Positions 33,997-35,895 of a DNA stretch of 35,895 nucleotides are shown piece after piece. A program made the translations under genes and the position numbers. This DNA comes from a virus. Position 1 is the stretch's first letter. The number at the start of each line of letters is the position of its first letter. Location: IMG/VR virus record IMGVR_UViG_3300020191_000002. One strand, written 5' to 3'. Below the pieces are notes generated by a model, which was given only the letters and a program-made list of their open reading frames with translations, did not search any database and was not told the origin of the DNA.

Positions 33997-34675
33997 AATC
34001 GATCACAAATCCGCTTGTGTCCTTCTTCGCTTTACCCTTCGCATAGAGTGCCACAACTACCCCCTGAGGGTCAAGAAACCTGAGATCGTCGCTATCGCCG
34101 TCTATTACAGGACGCCCCTTGAATACTTTGGGAATCTTGTTTTTGTCCCTGAATACTACAGCGATATTGGCGTTATATTTTGTTGAATACTTCAACACGT
34201 TATCGGCATATTCTACATTAGCCTCGCTGTAGCTCAGTGTCAAGTGATAATTTGAGGGCCATGACCTAGCGACACGATTGTACACTTTTGTATAATCATA
34301 GAATTGTATGCCGGGAAATTCCTCAATAATATCGCGCCAATTATAGTCTGACGTACCGTTAAGACGTACCACAGGTTGAATACCCCGCTTCTGGCAATAC
34401 TTCTGGAACTTTATCAAGTCCGTCCTGAGAAGTCTATAGAATTCCTCGGGCAGCTTGAGAAGCAGGTCCGATTTACGTTTACGCGCCGCCTGTACACTAT
34501 TGAATGCGCCGCGACCTGCAGTGTTCAAGCATCCCTCGCGACACGCTGCAGTGCGAGACATGGGACACAGGAAGTCATCCGGTAGCAGGTAGACAATCCC
34601 TGTCAGATATTCTGAGCCATCGCCCTTGATTGTCTTTGCGTTAGTTCCTACGCCTATGATTTTATAATTAGCCAT
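33995..34675 (-). CDS. GP88-like Cys-rich protein of unknown function
   Basis: Start at MANYKI (34675) after GAGAGGA. NAKTIKG...CP.......C...CLNTAGRG...RLNGTSD...DGDSDDLRFLD pattern (family name from memory). Confidence 0.55.
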   Translation of the reverse strand: MANYKIIGVGTNAKTIKGDGSEYLTGIVYLLPDDFLCPMSRTAACREGCLNTAGRGAFNSVQAARKRKSDLLLKLPEEFYRLLRTDLIKFQKYCQKRGIQPVVRLNGTSDYNWRDIIEEFPGIQFYDYTKVYNRVARSWPSNYHLTLSYSEANVEYADNVLKYSTKYNANIAVVFRDKNKIPKVFKGRPVIDGDSDDLRFLDPQGVVVALYAKGKAKKDTSGFVID

Positions 34676-34692
34676 TTTATTTATCCTCTCAA

Positions 34693-34715
34693 TTTTCTGG
34701 GACCATCCCAGATTT
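34693..34715 (-). promoter_or_regulatory. Palindromic intergenic element, copy 4
   Basis: TTTTCTGGGACCATCCCAGATTT, 3 nt from the SD of 33995..34675. Confidence 0.6.
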
Positions 34716-34725
34716 CTACAGTAAC

Positions 34726-34914
34726 TTACTCGTTTGATTCTTTTATCAGTGAGGGAATATTCCCATCCATTTTCCACAACGTCACTTCAATATCGCCACG
34801 GGAAACCCTATCATTGAACACGACATCAGCTTCACTTTGCGTTTCAGCGTCAAACGGTGGTGCGGCTGTGTGGTTATCAATGAAACCTTGAACAGAAAAT
34901 CTTGTATCAGTCAT
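34726..34914 (-). CDS. Hypothetical protein (62 aa)
   Basis: ORF track. SD AGAGGA, 2 nt after palindromic element copy 5. Confidence 0.55.
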   Translation of the reverse strand: MTDTRFSVQGFIDNHTAAPPFDAETQSEADVVFNDRVSRGDIEVTLWKMDGNIPSLIKESNE

Positions 34915-34928
34915 TTTATTTCCTCTAA

Positions 34929-34951
34929 TTTTCTGGGACCATCCCAGATTT
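34929..34951 (-). promoter_or_regulatory. Palindromic intergenic element, copy 5
   Basis: TTTTCTGGGACCATCCCAGATTT, 2 nt from the SD of 34726..34914. Confidence 0.6.
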
Positions 34952-34972
34952 CCAGCGTTGAATGTACTCTAT

Positions 34973-35002
34973 AGGACCGCCTGAGCATTGTCAAGCGGTC
35001 CT
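34973..35002. other. 8-bp-stem inverted repeat just downstream of the first early gene
   Basis: AGGACCGC (34973-34980) and GCGGTCCT (34995-35002) with a 14-nt loop. No U-tract on either strand. Confidence 0.4.
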
Positions 35003-35015
35003 GAGAATACACCCC

Positions 35016-35555
35016 TCACTTGTTTTTGAAGAGGTTCACGACGTCCTGAATGACTTCTGCGGGGTCATGTCCTGCTTGTTCCGCCTGTATTAGCAGGGCA
35101 TAGATGGAACTGGCGTAATCGTCCTTCTGACCGTCTGGCGTAGTGTCCTCAGTAGGTTCCTCAGTAGCTTCCTCAGTAGCTTCCTCAGTAGCTTCCTCAG
35201 CGGCCTTCTGAGCCTTCTGGATGGCCTTCCTCATGGCGTCTAGTTTACGCCAGCCGTTAGTTTCTCCCTCAGTGATAATCGCGTCATAGTTCTGATAGGT
35301 GAACTTGATATCCCGAACATGCTCAGAACGATCCGCCTGAGATAGCATCACGAACATGTCCTGCAGCACATGAGAACCGTCTATCATTTTTTTAGTCAAT
35401 GATTTCTCAGGCCATGCCGCACCCGTTTCATTCATGATTATCTCAGCGGCCTGCAGATATACCTCGGTTACCAGTTTGCGGGTCTGATGTCCACTCATGA
35501 ATGACGCATCAACAAGGGCGGCGTTTACTGCTTCGACTGTTTCCTGATAAGACAT
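35016..35555 (-). CDS. First leftward gene: strongly acidic protein with EEAT repeats
   Basis: 179 aa. By hand count roughly twice as many D/E as K/R. AEEATEEATEEATEEPTED is encoded by a 12-bp tandem repeat. Confidence 0.7.
   Translation of the reverse strand: MSYQETVEAVNAALVDASFMSGHQTRKLVTEVYLQAAEIIMNETGAAWPEKSLTKKMIDGSHVLQDMFVMLSQADRSEHVRDIKFTYQNYDAIITEGETNGWRKLDAMRKAIQKAQKAAEEATEEATEEATEEPTEDTTPDGQKDDYASSIYALLIQAEQAGHDPAEVIQDVVNLFKNK
35147..35206. repeat. 12-bp tandem repeat (CCTCAGTAGCTT, about 5 units with degenerate outer units) inside CDS 35016..35555
   Basis: Read directly. In frame, so copy-number change would preserve the reading frame. Confidence 0.85.
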
Positions 35556-35598
35556 AGTAGAGAACCTTTCTGAATGTTTGTCATTATTGACACTCAGG

Positions 35599-35627
35599 AA
35601 TATAGAGATGCATCAATATCCCGTCAA
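35599..35627 (-). promoter_or_regulatory. Sigma70-type promoter for the leftward early genes
   Basis: On the minus strand: TTGACG (35627-35622), 17 nt, TATATT (35604-35599). About 45 nt upstream of the ATG at 35555. Confidence 0.6.
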
Positions 35628-35693
35628 TAAAATAATGAACTAATTTTAAATTAATTTCAGTTAGCGTTATAAATCAATAGGTTATCATATGAA

Positions 35694-35717
35694 TTTTATG
35701 GGACCGTCCCACGTTTT
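35694..35717 (-). promoter_or_regulatory. Palindromic intergenic element, copy 6 (upstream of the early promoter)
   Basis: TTTTATGGGACCGTCCCACGTTTT, about 67 nt upstream of the -35 at 35622-35627. Confidence 0.55.
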
Positions 35718-35763
35718 CTGCAGTGTTCTGTGCGCTGAGATGTCCTGATAGATGGCTTGTGAA

Positions 35764-35825
35764 GTCCTGAGAATACCATACTCATGCATTCTTTCTTCTC
35801 ACGTATTCTCCCGTATTCTCAGGAC
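35764..35825. repeat. 12-bp perfect inverted repeat GTCCTGAGAATA / TATTCTCAGGAC next to the right terminal repeat
   Basis: 35764-35775 and 35814-35825. The right arm lies in a 10-bp tandem CGTATTCTCC/CGTATTCTCA (35802-35821). Confidence 0.7.
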
Positions 35826-35830
35826 CTATT

Positions 35831-35895
35831 CCCGTGTACTACCACGGAATAACCCGTGTACTACCACGGAATAACCCGTGTACTACCACGGAATA
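35831..35895. repeat. Right terminal repeat, identical to 1-65
   Basis: Read directly. It is either a short direct terminal repeat or the overlap of a circular assembly. Confidence 0.9.

Noticed and set aside
34676-34777. Longer start (MENGWEY...) for the GP88-like ORF
   Set aside because: The extension would run through palindromic element copy 4 and the upstream gene's 3' end. The ATG at 34675 has a good SD (GAGAGGA).
28302-35717. Palindromic elements as intrinsic terminators of leftward transcription
   Set aside because: On the leftward transcript the hairpin is followed by A's, not U's. Five copies also sit directly in front of an SD, so termination there would silence the downstream genes.

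Overview
The window reads as a complete, or circularly assembled, tailed-phage genome of about 35.8 kb. It is bounded by identical 65-bp ends (1-65 = 35831-35895), each made of three 22-bp tandem units. Coding is dense and falls into two convergent arms. The rightward arm (467-23697) starts at a near-consensus sigma70 promoter at 306-334. In order it encodes small basic proteins, TerS, TerL, portal, scaffold and major capsid (followed by a clear hairpin terminator). Next come a G+C-rich tail-fibre block, a four-gene lysis cassette (secreted protein, TM/coiled-coil protein, 3-TM holin, T4-type lysozyme), and adaptor/nozzle candidates. It ends with a run of putative internal-virion proteins that contains an AT-rich Delta9-type fatty-acid desaturase gene, then three more small basic proteins. 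The leftward arm (35555-23672) has promoters at 35599-35627 and 32577-32605. It encodes about ten small early proteins, an HTH protein and a T7-like replication set: gp2.5-like SSB, gp4-like primase-helicase, an HNH endonuclease, a family A DNA polymerase, a PD-(D/E)XK exonuclease and endonuclease I. These are followed by a ThyX-like protein, a class II-like ribonucleotide reductase and a DUF1289-like Cys protein. I recognised no phage RNA polymerase, integrase, tRNA, rRNA or CRISPR array. The layout recalls RNAP-less T7-like marine podoviruses, but that cannot be confirmed without a database search. Four observations stand out: (1) a 23-bp palindrome-centred element present six times, only in intergenic gaps of the leftward arm; (2) the desaturase embedded in the virion operon; (3) 10-bp-phased TCYTARGA octamer pairs at the promoter regions; (4) a ThyX homologue whose RHR..S signature reads KHQ..L. 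All product calls rest on motif recognition from memory and on gene order. No searches were run.
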